64,000 bases of DNA from Eledone cirrhosa (taxonomy: Eukaryota): positions 36,456,001-36,520,000 of the forward strand of contig OZ024755.1 of NCBI GenBank assembly GCA_964016885.1, written 5' to 3'. This document shows positions 36,470 through 49,047 of the stretch, piece after piece. The first letter of the stretch is position 1. Each line of letters begins with the position of its first letter. The position numbers and the translations under genes were made by a program. The notes beneath the pieces were generated by a model, which saw nothing but the letters and a program-made list of their open reading frames with translations, had not been told where the DNA came from and searched no databases.

Positions 36470-37032
36470 GAATGGTTGCTGCACAATATCGAATCGCTCT
36501 AGGTTGGGCAGCTTTCACTAAGAACAACGAAGTATTAACATCAAAACGAGTTTCCTATCATTTGAAGTCTCAGATCTTTGATACTTACATCCTACCAGTT
36601 GTGTTATATGGTATTGACTGTGTTAATTGGAGGACAAGGTCACTTCAGAAGCTGTCTACATTCCAGAACCACATCACGAGACTTATAACTGGCAAGCAAC
36701 TCAGCAACCATATCTGTATCAGTGAGCTGCTCAACATTACCAAACTTAGACCAATTACATCAATTGTCAAGTCAAGAGTACTCAAACTATACGGTCATAT
36801 AAAAAGATCAACTCGTGGTGTGAGTAGGTTATGCCTGAAAGGAAGGTTGGCTGGTAAGAGAAGCAGAGGTTGGCAGCCAAACGATGGCTTGACAATGTCA
36901 ACTTATGGACTGGACTTGACCTTTACTCTTTGAACTCTGCTGTTGGTGATCGAACTTTGTGGAGAGAGATATCACATGTTGATGTGCATTCTGCAACTGG
37001 CACAGTTTAGCATCACAAGAAGAAGAAGAAGA
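36470..37032 (+). mobile_element. RTE4 LINE 3' fragment with (GAA)n tail
   Basis: RIALGWAAF..LPVVLYG..LKLYGHIKR..GKRSRGWQP. Confidence 0.88.
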
Positions 37033-37410
37033 GTCGCCAGCAGTCACAATCAGTGGCCGCTTTTTCACGTCCGTGCTAAGTGATGTTGGCTGCCATCAAG
37101 TCTTTTTGGAACGTTCGTTGCCAAGTGATCCTGGGGCAACCTCGCTTCCATTTGCTGCCAGGTGGAACCCAGTTCATCGCAGTTTTCGAATGTCGTTCGT
37201 TGGGCTGGTGTAGAATATGGCCAGCCAAGCAGTACCAATGTTCCATGACCATCTTCTGCCGCATCCACAACTCAGCTCTTCGCAGGATTTCCTTGTTTCG
37301 CACTCAGTCATGCCAGGATACACAAAAGATCCTTCGCAGGCACTGCTGGTGGAATTCATTCAGCCATCTCTCTATCTTTGCTGTGCTCTTCCTGGTTTCA
37401 CTCATGTAAA
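37033..37410 (-). mobile_element. RTE-like LINE 3' fragment (RTE5), tail-to-tail with RTE4
   Basis: CLRRI..RNKEIL..LAGHILHQPNERHSKTAMNWVPPG..RGCPRITW. Confidence 0.8.
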
Positions 37411-37907
37411 GCACTGATTAAGTACAGAATGTCTAAAAATGAGTGTTAGTTCATATGTTTATAGCATCTTTACTAATGGACATTTTGTGAAAATTTAAAG
37501 TATTAGAGCAAATACTTTAATATTTTGTGTGATGTAGTCATAATGATGTTGTGTACTTATTTAAGAATATCAGGCTAATTCAGTTTTACGTAATACAGGG
37601 TGACAAAACATCAACTCCTAGAATAAAAGACACAGCCAATGTGTTTCAAATAATGTTTAAAATAATCAAGAATTTTGAGGGATTTAGCAATATAACTTTC
37701 TTATTATTAAATTGGTTTTGAATATGATTAGCATAGTCCTTCGAATGTCAAACAAAATGCTTTATGGTATTTATGATAGTTATAACTTTAAATCATGTCT
37801 AAGTCAACCTTGCCTTTCATCCTACCAAGGTCAATAAAATAAAGTACCAGATAAGTACCAGAGTCAATATCATTTCTGGCCTTGTGCCTAAATTAGAAAT
37901 CATTATT

Positions 37908-38468
37908 TTAACCCTTTAGCATTTAAACCGGTCATATCTGGGCAGAATTCTCTCACCTCTTTCTGTTCAAACCAACTGTAACCAGCCACTCATACTGATG
38001 TGAAGGTATTGTTCTCAACATAAATAATATCAAAATCTCATAGATTTGATATTATGCAAGATAATTATGTGAGGTAAAGCCATTACCATAAAAATATAAT
38101 AGTAAATATAGAGTAAGGTAAATGCTAACGGCTTGAGTCATTGGAATGACAGAATCAGTAGAGTATCAGACAAAATGCTTTGCAACATTTAGTTACAGCT
38201 CTTTATGTTCTGAGTTCAAACCTAGACAAGGTCAACATTGTCTTTCATTCTTTTAACCCTTTAACATTTACATTTCTCTATATATACAATTATATTTTCG
38301 CCATAAAGGCTTTACCTCACATAATATTGAATCTATGAGATTTTGATATTATTTATGTTGAGAACAATACCTTAACGTCAATATGAATGGCTGGTTACAG
38401 CCGGTTTTAACAGAAAGAGGTGAGAGATTCCTGGCCGGATATGACCGGTTTAAATGCTAAAGGGTTAA
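37908..38468. mobile_element. Inverted pair of MITE D copies (about 37908-38130 + and 38253-38468 -) with a SINE C fragment between them
   Basis: TTAACCCTTTA termini; interiors are reverse-complementary. Confidence 0.82.
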
Positions 38469-39099
38469 GATCACAAAAATAAAGTACCAACCAAATACTA
38501 GGGGCTCACATAATATCGAATCTACAAGATTTTAATGTTATTTATTTTGAGAACAATATCTTAACATCAGGATGAGCGGCCAGTTACAGCCGGTTTAGAT
38601 AGAAAAAGGTGACAGAATTCTGGATGAATATGGCTGGTTTAAATGCTAAAGGGTTAATCCAAGCTAGTAGTGAAAGAGGTCTGCTGAACAGTCTATTTAC
38701 ACCGGTCATTTCCATGGTTCAATTCAAACTGTCCCAATCACCACCACCACAGAGTGTACTGGATACATTTCATTGTAGTACTAGCCACAATTTATTGCAT
38801 TACTTGCACCAGAAATGTTGTCATGTACTCAGCAAAACTGGAGAGTCCTCTCTATCCTATACTATCTTCATTCAACCACCACCCATTTTACAGAGTTTAC
38901 TGGATGTATTTTATCATAGCACCATCATTGGAGCAGTTGTCATGTCCTCAAAAGGGCCAAGTAGTTGTCTCTACCCTATGTTGCCTCAATATGTTCTTCC
39001 CCCATTTTACAGGGGGTACTGAATGTGTTCCATTCTGACACCAACAGTAGAGAGGTTGTCTCACCCACTATAGACTAAAAAGGGACCTCTCAACTCAAT

Positions 39100-39433
39100 C
39101 ATTTCATTTTACATCCGCTTTTTCCCTGCTTGCAAGGGTGGGACGAGAACTGGTTCTGGCTTGATTTCTATAGCTGGATGCCCTTCCTAACACCAACCTC
39201 ATTTACAGTGAGTGCTGGGTGCTTTTTTTGCTGTGGCACCTACACGACCACTTTGCAGTGGAATGATAGGAACCCCAGTTCCTATCATCTCATTTCTACA
39301 GCTGAGTAAACTGGAGCAATGTGAAATAAAGTGTCTTGTTCAAGGAAACAACACATCACCCGATCCGAGAATTGAACTCACAACCTTTCGATTGCAAGGC
39401 CAATGCTCTAACCCCTAAGCCATGTGCCTCCAT
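39100..39433 (-). mobile_element. SINE A, full length
   Basis: Closely matches 4406-4750. Confidence 0.9.
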
Positions 39434-39722
39434 GTAGTTTCCAATCTCCTAATACATTTATATTTAGCTTGTGCATGTGGATGTGTCTTTTGTAGTACAG
39501 CAAGTCACCGATCATCACAATCCAGTGTCATCTTCTTAAAGAGGTTCAGTTTCTTAAGGTCATTCTTCACAAATTCTTCCTGAATCTTCCTTGGTCTCCC
39601 TCTTCCATGGGTTCTATCTACTTCTAACACTCCATGACTATGCCAGGTTTATTGGATGAAATTTAATTGTTGAATGCCCTGACTACCACCAAACCAAAAC
39701 ATTTTTTTTTTTTATGTTTCTT

Positions 39723-40171
39723 TTAACCCTTTAGCATTTACATAACTCTATATTTACTATTATATTTTCACAGTAAAGGGTTTATCTCACATAATTAGCT
39801 CACCTAATATTGAATCTATGAGATTTTGATATTATTTATTTTGAGAACAATACCATAACATAAGTATGAGCAGCCAGTTATGGCCGGTTTGAACAGTAAG
39901 AGGTGAAAGAATTCTGGATATGGCCGGTTTAAATGCTAAGGGGTTTAACCCTTTAGCATTTAAACCGACCATATCCAGCCAGAATTCTCTCACCTCTTTC
40001 TGTTCAAACTGACCATAACTGGCCACTCATACTTATGTTATGGTATTGTTCTCTAAATAAATAATATCAAAATCTCAGATTCGATATTATGTGTGATAAC
40101 TGTGTGAAGTGAAGCCTTTACCATGAAAATATAATAGTAAATATAGAGTAATGTAAATGCGAAAGGGTTAA
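39723..40171. mobile_element. Abutting inverted MITE D doublet
   Basis: Junction TAAATGCTAAGGGGTTTAACCCTTTAGCATTTA at about 39930-39962. Confidence 0.88.
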
Positions 40172-41148
40172 TTTAAAAGGTTGTCATCCATCCAAAGAGT
40201 ATTCATATTCCAGACATGTTAATCTGATACAAATTTTCCACTGGTTTGATATCATCTGTTGTTATATAATTACAAATTTACATTGTATCTTAGTTAACAG
40301 ATAAGAATAATGAAATAATTCAAGTTTGTAATTATTTTACTCATTTCCAGTTTTCTTTTTTAATTTTGTGGTCAAACATGATGAGATTATTTTTCTTTAA
40401 AAAAAATGTCTACTACTAATGATGAGACAATTATTTTCTGTCTGAAATATAAGTTTAATCAAAATCTGGAAAACTAGACTAATATTCATATGTTAATAAA
40501 AACCATGGCAGAGAAAATATCAATACTGTCATTATGGGCTTAAAATTTGTTGTTAGATAACCTCTTCCTTTATGCTAAACAATCTTTCAGTTCTATTTGA
40601 TGCTGGTCAGATGTTAAGATCTAACTATCATGTGTCCTTATTGTTATTACTGATGTTTCTTAGGTGCATTTTAAATCAACTATGAAAGAGAAATCCATGT
40701 TTGCCAAAAGCCTAGCAGAGCTTAAAGAACAGTAGCATAGAGTTAAATCAAATTAATGCAACATCAAAAGACTAAACATATACTTGCCTTTGCACATATA
40801 AAAGCAATGGCTCACAGTTTTTGCTAAATACAATTTGATTTTATAGTGTCCTTGTGAAAGATTACATAGTGAAAAGAACTGTATGCAGCATGCAAATGGG
40901 CAATGTGAAATTATTTATATAAATAAAGACACAATCTATATATTGATATTAAGATTAAAACAATGTTTAATGTGATGCAGTTCTCCATAAAAGCTTCCCT
41001 TTAAAGGAGATTCTATTCCATAATATTCGAAATTTTCAATTACAACTGACCATACACAGAAGATTTTTCAGTCATAAAATATTGATCTTAGAACCAGTCT
41101 TCAAGGTGATCCTTCAGCTGTCCAAACATGGTAGATCGTGCAAAGTTA

Positions 41149-41183
<35 letters not shown>

Positions 41184-41295
41184 CAACAATAATAATGGAG
41201 TATGGAGTAGATAAACAAAGAAGCTTTATTGTTTTAAAGATATCAAAGTCCATTAATCTAAAAGGTTTTGGGGTAATGCAACATACTCTAAATAA

Positions 41296-41349
<54 letters not shown>

Positions 41350-41864
41350 AAAGAGAGGAGAGGGAAGATTGTAGGGGGAGAGAGATTGGTTGATTATATC
41401 TCCCTAAACCGGAAGTAAAGCATATTCTGGAGTACTGACCATAAGTTATTCTGAAACATTCAATCATTTAACTTCATGCTATGGGTCTACTTAAACAGAG
41501 ATATTCAACATTTGAAAAAGTAAATTGTAATAAACAATAGAAAATCACTAAGAAGTGAAGAAAGAAACAGTGAAATGACCTAAAGTAAAAAGTCAGAAGT
41601 TGGAGACACAACGAAATAAAAGAACCATAAATATTAACAGAAATGACCAACAGGGTTAACTGTCATGGGATGAAAAAGTAAAGAAGTGCTATAGGTTATT
41701 TCTTTGTGAGTTGGAGATAAAGATTAACCAGGAATGATTTCATATGAGGAAGATAGCTGATATTTTGTAGTATCAGGGAGAGTAGATTTAGAAAGTTAGA
41801 TGGTAAATGTGCCAGCTTCAGCATTCAGTAATCAGAAGAAGGGAAGTAGGCATAAAAGCCAAAA

Positions 41865-42228
41865 TCATCATCATTTTACGTCCGCTTTTCCCTGCTTTCA
41901 AGGGTGGGACGGGTCTTATTCAGCACAGCATCTCTCCATTCGTCACGGTCCTTTTTCATCTCATCTGTGAGTTTCAGCGATCTGAGGTCTGCTCTCACCA
42001 CCTCCGCCCATGTTTTTCATGGTCTACCTCTACTGCGTCTTCCTTCTACTGGGATTTCTTGGCACTTCTTTACCCAGTGGTCATCCTCCATGCGCATCAC
42101 ATGTCCATACCAACGCAGTCTTCTCTCCCGCACACTACAACTTATCCCTCTTATACACAGTTTCTCTCTTAACTCATCTATGCTGGGTCATTCACACACA
42201 TTGACATTGCACATCCAACGGAGCATGC
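41865..42228 (-). mobile_element. RTE1 3' fragment
   Basis: Reverse complement of about 25615-25975. Confidence 0.9.
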
Positions 42229-42370
42229 TTACCTATGATCATGAATCTTGTGTAATGACCGAAAGAATACGATCGCAAATACAAGTGGATGAAATGGGGT
42301 TCCTCCGAAGGGTCTTTGGAGTAACGTTACTCGATAAAGTGTATAGCTCAGGGATCAGAGAGTCACTCCA
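42229..42370 (+). mobile_element. Old RTE fragment (RTE6)
   Basis: TYDHESCVMTERIRSQIQVDEMGFLRRVFGVTLLDKV; homologue at 60325-60725. Confidence 0.75.
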
Positions 42371-43053
42371 ATACTTTTCAGCTTTATCAATGATATAAAG
42401 GTACTAGTGTGCTACCACAGGGTAACAAACAAAGCTTAGTTGTAATATAGTATAATTGTTTCTACTTTGGGCACAAGGCCAGCAATTACCCAGTACATTA
42501 CTGGTACTTTAATGGTAGTGAGAAGGGGATCAAGCACTAAAAATATTTCTTCCAAAGATATGCAAATGTAAAGTGTTTGAAAACTATCCTAGTTATACAA
42601 GCTTGGAAAACTGAATGTAAAAAATCAAGATAAATGGTATTGGTTCATGTATATGGAAGAAACCAGAGTGGAGTTTACCTGTAATACCAAAGAATGATAA
42701 ATGCAGGACTATTTAGTAAGATCTAATTTGAGAACATTGGGCACACAGAGATTAAAAAAAAACATGGATAGAGGAAGATGTTGGAATTCAGTTCTTTTCA
42801 ACCAATGCCAGCTTTGAAAAATAGTGTGGACAAGCATAAAATATGGAGAGAGAGAGACTGTACATTCCTCTCTCTTCTAACTGTCTCTCACTAATACATT
42901 CTGACGAGAGCTTCAGATACACACAATCCGTGTGTGTGTGTGCGTGTGCGTGTGCGTGTGTGTGTTAACTTCCTTACACTCAATTCTACACAAACACACA
43001 CACATCTTGTCCATTACCCAATATACATAGCTACACAAATACAGAAACTAACA

Positions 43054-43850
43054 CTGCGTATATCCTCTGCACACAATGCCCAGTGAGACCTGGGCATTGT
43101 GTGCAGAGGATATACGCAGACTAGAGAGAAACGAAGCTTGCATGCTCCGCTGGATGTGTAATAGTAATATACGTGAACGGCAAAGCATAAACGAACTAAG
43201 GGAAAAATTAGAAATAAGAGGGATCAGATGTTGTTTACTCGAGAGAAGGCTACGTTGGTATGGTCACGTGATGCGCATGAAAGACGACAGCTGTATAAAA
43301 AAGTGCAGGGCAATAAAAATAGACGGTAGCCACGGAGTAGGCAGACCCAGAAAAACCTGGGACGACTTGATAAATTCCGACCTCACACACTTACACCTCT
43401 CCAAGACAATGTCACTGGACCGAGATCTTTGGCGCTACACAGTAATAGAGAAGACCTGCCTTACCTAAATACAAAGTAAAACCTACTACAGTCAGTAGGC
43501 ACCTCTAACAAAATACACCCCCGTCCCACTACCCCCACCCCATTCAATGTAAAGTTATGTTGGTACCACAACATCCAGGCTGAAACAAATGAGATTGTGT
43601 AGGTGTCACGACAAAAAAACACACAGTCCACGCTGTAATGTGGCCATGTAGGTAACACGGTAAAAACCTCCCAGTTCCACACTGTAAATGTGGTTGGTGT
43701 TAGGAAGGGCATCCAGCCGTAGAAAACCCGCCAGACAGTCCTATGCGAGCAAGACAACCACTCTTGCCTCAAGTGGGAAAACTCCAGTCCAAACCCATGC
43801 AAGCGTGGAATATGGACGTTAAACGATGATGATGATGATGATAATGATGA
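43054..43850 (+). mobile_element. RTE2 3' fragment (open C-terminal 130 aa, ~380-nt UTR, tail) with a 5' fold-back
   Basis: SETWALC..RRLRWYGHV..GRPRKTW..DRDLWR; perfect 30-bp inverted repeat at the 5' end. Confidence 0.93.
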
Positions 43851-44069
43851 TATATTTATTTATACATATATATACACATATACATATATACACATATATA
43901 TATAAATATATACACATATATATATATATACACATATATATAAATATATATATACACATATATACACATATATATATATATATACACATATATATATATA
44001 TACATATATACACATATATATATATATATACACATATATATATATATACATATATACACATATATATAT

Positions 44070-44107
<38 letters not shown>

Positions 44108-44171
44108 ATATATATATACATATATACACACACATATATATATATATACACACATATTTATATACACACGC

Positions 44172-44202
<31 letters not shown>

Positions 44203-44355
44203 TATACGCATATACACATATATACACACACACATATATATATATATATACACACATATATATATGTGTGTGTATTTGTATGAAACTGTGTGTGTTCGTG
44301 TTAGGCTGTCAGTCCTCATATATATATACACACACACACATATAAATATATATAT

Positions 44356-44416
<61 letters not shown>

Positions 44417-44437
44417 CACACACACACATACATATAA

Positions 44438-44468
<31 letters not shown>

Positions 44469-44601
44469 TATATATATACACACACACACATATATATATA
44501 TACACACACACACATATATATATACACACACATGTATATATATATATACACATATATATATATATATAGACACACAAACACACATATACATACACACACC
44601 T

Positions 44602-44676
<75 letters not shown>
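43851..44676. repeat. TA/CA microsatellite
   Basis: Read directly from the sequence. Confidence 0.95.
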
Positions 44677-45004
44677 GCAGAAAGTGCCAGACAAAGATAT
44701 ATCTGAAATGTAGAGGGTGTAAAGCTGTAAAAACAGAGGACTCATGAAAAATAGATAAATATCAGAGGCAAAGCTGTAATGAGAACACTGGACACCAAAA
44801 TATAAAAATGTTATAAGCAGAGACAAATCAATAATTCCTCAGAACAAAAAACAAGTGTGGTAGGAACAAGTATATAGATGCATACGTAGACATAAATATA
44901 CACACCCATATGACACACAAACCAAAATAAACATTAGTGTATATATTTGTGGAAGTGTATGTATTTGTGGATATATATTTGAATATCAAGTGTATATATA
45001 ATGC

Positions 45005-45780
45005 ACACATCTATATATTTATATATACACATCTATATACTTATGTACATACATCTATATACTTATGTATACACATCTATATACTTATGTACACACATCT
45101 ATATATTTATGTATACACATCTATATACTTATGTACACACATCTATATACTTATGTATACAGATCTATATACTTATGTACACACATCTATATACTTATGT
45201 ATACACATCTATATACTTATGTACACACATCTATATACTTATGTATACACATCTATATACTTATGTACACACATCTATATACTTATGTATACACATCTAT
45301 ATACTTATGTATACACATCTATATACTTATGTACACACATCTATATACTTATGTATGCACATCTATATACTTATGTATGCACATCTATATACTTATGTAT
45401 ACACATCTATATACTTATGTATGCACATCTATATACTTATGTACGCACATCTATATACTTATGTATACACATCTATATACTTATGTACACACATCTATAT
45501 ACTTATGTATACACATCTATATACTTATGTACACACATCTATATACTTATGTATACACATCTATATACTTATGTACACACATCTATATACTTATGTATAC
45601 ACATCTATATACTTACGTACACACATCTATATACTTATGTACACACATCTATATACTTATGTACACACATCTATATACTTATGTATACACATCTATATAC
45701 TTACGTACACACATCTATATACTTACGTACACACATCTATATACTTATGTACACACATCTATATACTTATGTATGCACAC
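45005..45780. repeat. 22-bp minisatellite (ACATCTATATACTTATGTAYAC), about 35 copies
   Basis: Read directly from the sequence. Confidence 0.96.
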
Positions 45781-46273
45781 ATACATAATATATGAAAACA
45801 CAAAATGTTAAAAATGGCTCCACAATTCTTTTTACATTTCAAACCTGTTTTAGTGCTTACTTTTTATTTTAGATCTAAAATAAGTGTGTATAAAATATTA
45901 CATACATACACATTATAAACCAAAATATATAACAAATACATATAACAAAATATATAACATACATTTATGTATGTATGTATGTATGTATGTACGTATATAT
46001 ATATATATGAAAAAAGTATGAAAAAAGTTTGTCCTTCATCAGTGATCTTCCAACCATCATAGGCATTTCATCGCTTTAAAGACCATATACCTCCGGTTGG
46101 TGCGAGCAACGGCTAAAAAAAGTCATTGGGACACGTAAATAAAGGGGACGCGAGGGTAAACAAACAAAATGGTGAAGCAACAGAAAGTGAGGAAGAAGGA
46201 GACAAGTCCCAGATTTCTATGAATTTAAGTTCGGTGAAATCGTGAACGAGAGAATAAAGACCATCAATGGTTG

Positions 46274-46349
<76 letters not shown>

Positions 46350-46352
<3 letters not shown>

Positions 46353-46570
46353 GAACGATCGACTTTCGTCAAATCGGACCGAGGAAACAATGCTTCCATT
46401 GGTCTTTCCAATTGCTAGTACTATCTATCGGTCGCAACTCCTGGTAGAAGGAGCAACGTGAAATAAAGTGACTTGCTCAAGGACATAACGCACCGCCCGG
46501 TCCGGGGATCGAACTCACCATCTCACGATTGCGAATCCAATTCTCTAACCACTCAGCCACACGCCTTCAT
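46350..46570 (-). mobile_element. SINE E 5' part, flanked by (TA)n
   Basis: Minus strand GGCGTGTGGCTGAGTGGTTAG..GAGTTCGATCCC..CCTTGAGCAAGTCACTT. Confidence 0.87.
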
Positions 46571-46579
46571 ATATATATA

Positions 46580-46831
46580 TCATCATCAACGTTTAACGTC
46601 CGTGTTCCACGCTTGCATGGGTTTCGACGGGGGTTTTCCCACTTGAGGCAAGAGTGATTGTCTTGCTCGCATAGGACTGTCTGGCAGGTTTTCTACAGTT
46701 GGATGCCCTTCCTAACACCAACCACATTTACAGTGTGGGTCTGGGAGGTTTTTACCGTGTTGCCTACACGGCCACATTACAGCGTGGACTGTGTGTTTTT
46801 TGTCGTGACACCTACACGATCTCATTTGTTT

Positions 46832-46835
<4 letters not shown>
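46580..46835 (-). mobile_element. RTE2 3' UTR fragment
   Basis: Matches 43580-43830; (TA)n on both sides. Confidence 0.88.
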
Positions 46836-46884
<49 letters not shown>

Positions 46885-46887
<3 letters not shown>

Positions 46888-47203
46888 TCATCCTCATTTT
46901 ACGTCCGCTTTTCCCTGCTTGCAAGGATTGGACGGGTCCTATTCAGCACACCATCTCTCCACTTGTCACGGTCCTTTGTCATCTCCTCGGTGAGTTTCAC
47001 CGATCTGAGGTCTGCTCTCACCCCCTCCGCCCATGTTTTTCATGGTCTTCCTCTACTATGTCTTCCTTCTACTGAGATTTCTTGGCACTTCTTTACCCAG
47101 GGGTCATCCTCCATGCGCATCACATGTCCATACCATCTCAGCCTTCTCTCCTGCACACCACAACTTATCCCTCTTATACCCAGTTTCTTTCTCAACTCGT
47201 CTA
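46885..47203 (-). mobile_element. RTE1 3' fragment
   Basis: Reverse complement of the RTE1 C-terminus and tail. Confidence 0.9.
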
Positions 47204-48246
47204 TGTGTATACATATTTGTTATATATATTTGTTATATATATATATATATATATAACAAATATGTCTCTGTGCTCGTGTGTATATATATATATATATATA
47301 ACAAATATGTGTGTGTGTGTATATATTTATAACAAATGTATGTGTGTATACATACACACATATATACTAACACATACACACACATTTCTCAGTGACATAC
47401 ATGCAGACTGTAGTTGCTAGATTGCGACTGACAGAATATGTAGTGTTTTTGCTAAGAGTGTTTTCTGGTTCCTACTGTGAATCCTCACAATAATTGTATG
47501 TTATCAATCTCCACAGAATGTGTAAAATCTAAATGAGTTAGGCCTTAATAAATGTTGCGGGGATGTAATTGTCAAGGGAACTGTTGGCAAAACAGTCTGT
47601 CTCATTTAAGAGGACTGACAGCCTGACATAAACACACACAGTTTCATACAAATAATTGTGCAGCACATACACCTATACAACTAACTACACTTGCACACAA
47701 ACATGCAAACTTCCAGACATTCATTGCATGCTGTGTATGCACTCACAAACACACAGATACTTAGGTGCATGAATGCATATACTAATGCATTCCCCACATA
47801 CATTTGCACACTTCTATTCATTTGAGTAGATATGCACATTAGTTATTTTGCATACACACACCTTCAGAGATACGGAAATATTACTAAACACTCTTACACT
47901 TTCATCTGCAGAGACACATGGGTGTAGTTGCCAGTGTATGTGCAAACTTGCATGAATACACTTATATACACAAACACATCCATGTGCAAATAAACGTATA
48001 TTCACACACACACAGCTGTATGAGTTCAAGGGAGATATATTCTATATCAGTATTTAACTGTTCACATCCTGTACTGAATCAAACTACATTAGCAAGCATT
48101 CTTGAAAGCTACAAAACAGCAATATCACTGAATCAGATTAAACATTTTTCAGATTAAACATGATCTGTCCACTATAGTAAAAAATACTACAAACATTTAA
48201 ATTAACAAACCTGTTTTTAGATATTTTCAGCTGAATCAATACTGCG

Positions 48247-48470
48247 TTAACCCTTTAACATTTACATTACTCTATATATACTATTATATTTTTACAGTAA
48301 AGGCTTTACCTCACATAATTTTCTCGCATAATATTAAATCTATGAGATTTTGATATTTATTTTGAGAACAATACCTTAACATAAATATGAGTGGCTGGTT
48401 ACAGCCAGTTTGAACAGATAGACGTGAGAGAATTCTGGCCTGATATGGCCGGTTGAAATGCTAAAGGGTT
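48247..48470 (-). mobile_element. piggyBac-type MITE D
   Basis: TTAACCCTTTAACATTTAC ... AAATGCTAAAGGGTTGA. Confidence 0.87.
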
Positions 48471-48679
48471 GAGTGTTAATCTATTTAGTAAAGTATATAT
48501 ATAGGGCAACAGAATAGTGTATATAAAGAGGTAACCCAAAAGAAAAAATTGAAAGCAATTAAAAGGAACAACAAAACTGGTATACAAGACCGTGCTATTA
48601 TCTCTAAAAAATACCAATAAATAAGAATTGCCAAATAAATGGCGTAAGAAACTAAGAGAGAATACTTCCAAACATAGAC

Positions 48680-48890
48680 AATAATAGTTTCTGATTTACA
48701 TACAAGGCCAACATCTTTGGGGGAGGGAAAAATCGATTATATCGACCCCCAGTGCATTACTGGTACTTTATTTTATCCACCCAATAAGGATGAAAAGCAA
48801 AGCTAAGATCGGCAGGATTTGAACTCAGAAGGTAAAGGGCCGTAACTCTATGCCACGAAGTAGGGTGTCCAATGTTCTACCAATTCTGCT
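48680..48890 (-). mobile_element. SINE C, diverged
   Basis: Meta-like box and B box. Confidence 0.78.
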
Positions 48891-49010
48891 AATAGATAAT
48901 AAGAGTAGGCTTTTTTAAGAAACGTTAGAAGGTAAAACGAAATGCAGATATCAAAATAGGGAATAGCAAAATACAGAAAGATGAAAAAAATTACAAAATG
49001 TTGAAAACTG

Positions 49011-49011
<1 letters not shown>

Positions 49012-49047
<36 letters not shown>

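Noticed and set aside
40788-40823. Possible 36-nt minus-strand exon with a GC donor
   Set aside because: Poor pyrimidine tract and non-canonical donor; chance level
42901-42940. CTGACGAG hammerhead-like start
   Set aside because: No GAAA box or supporting stems follow
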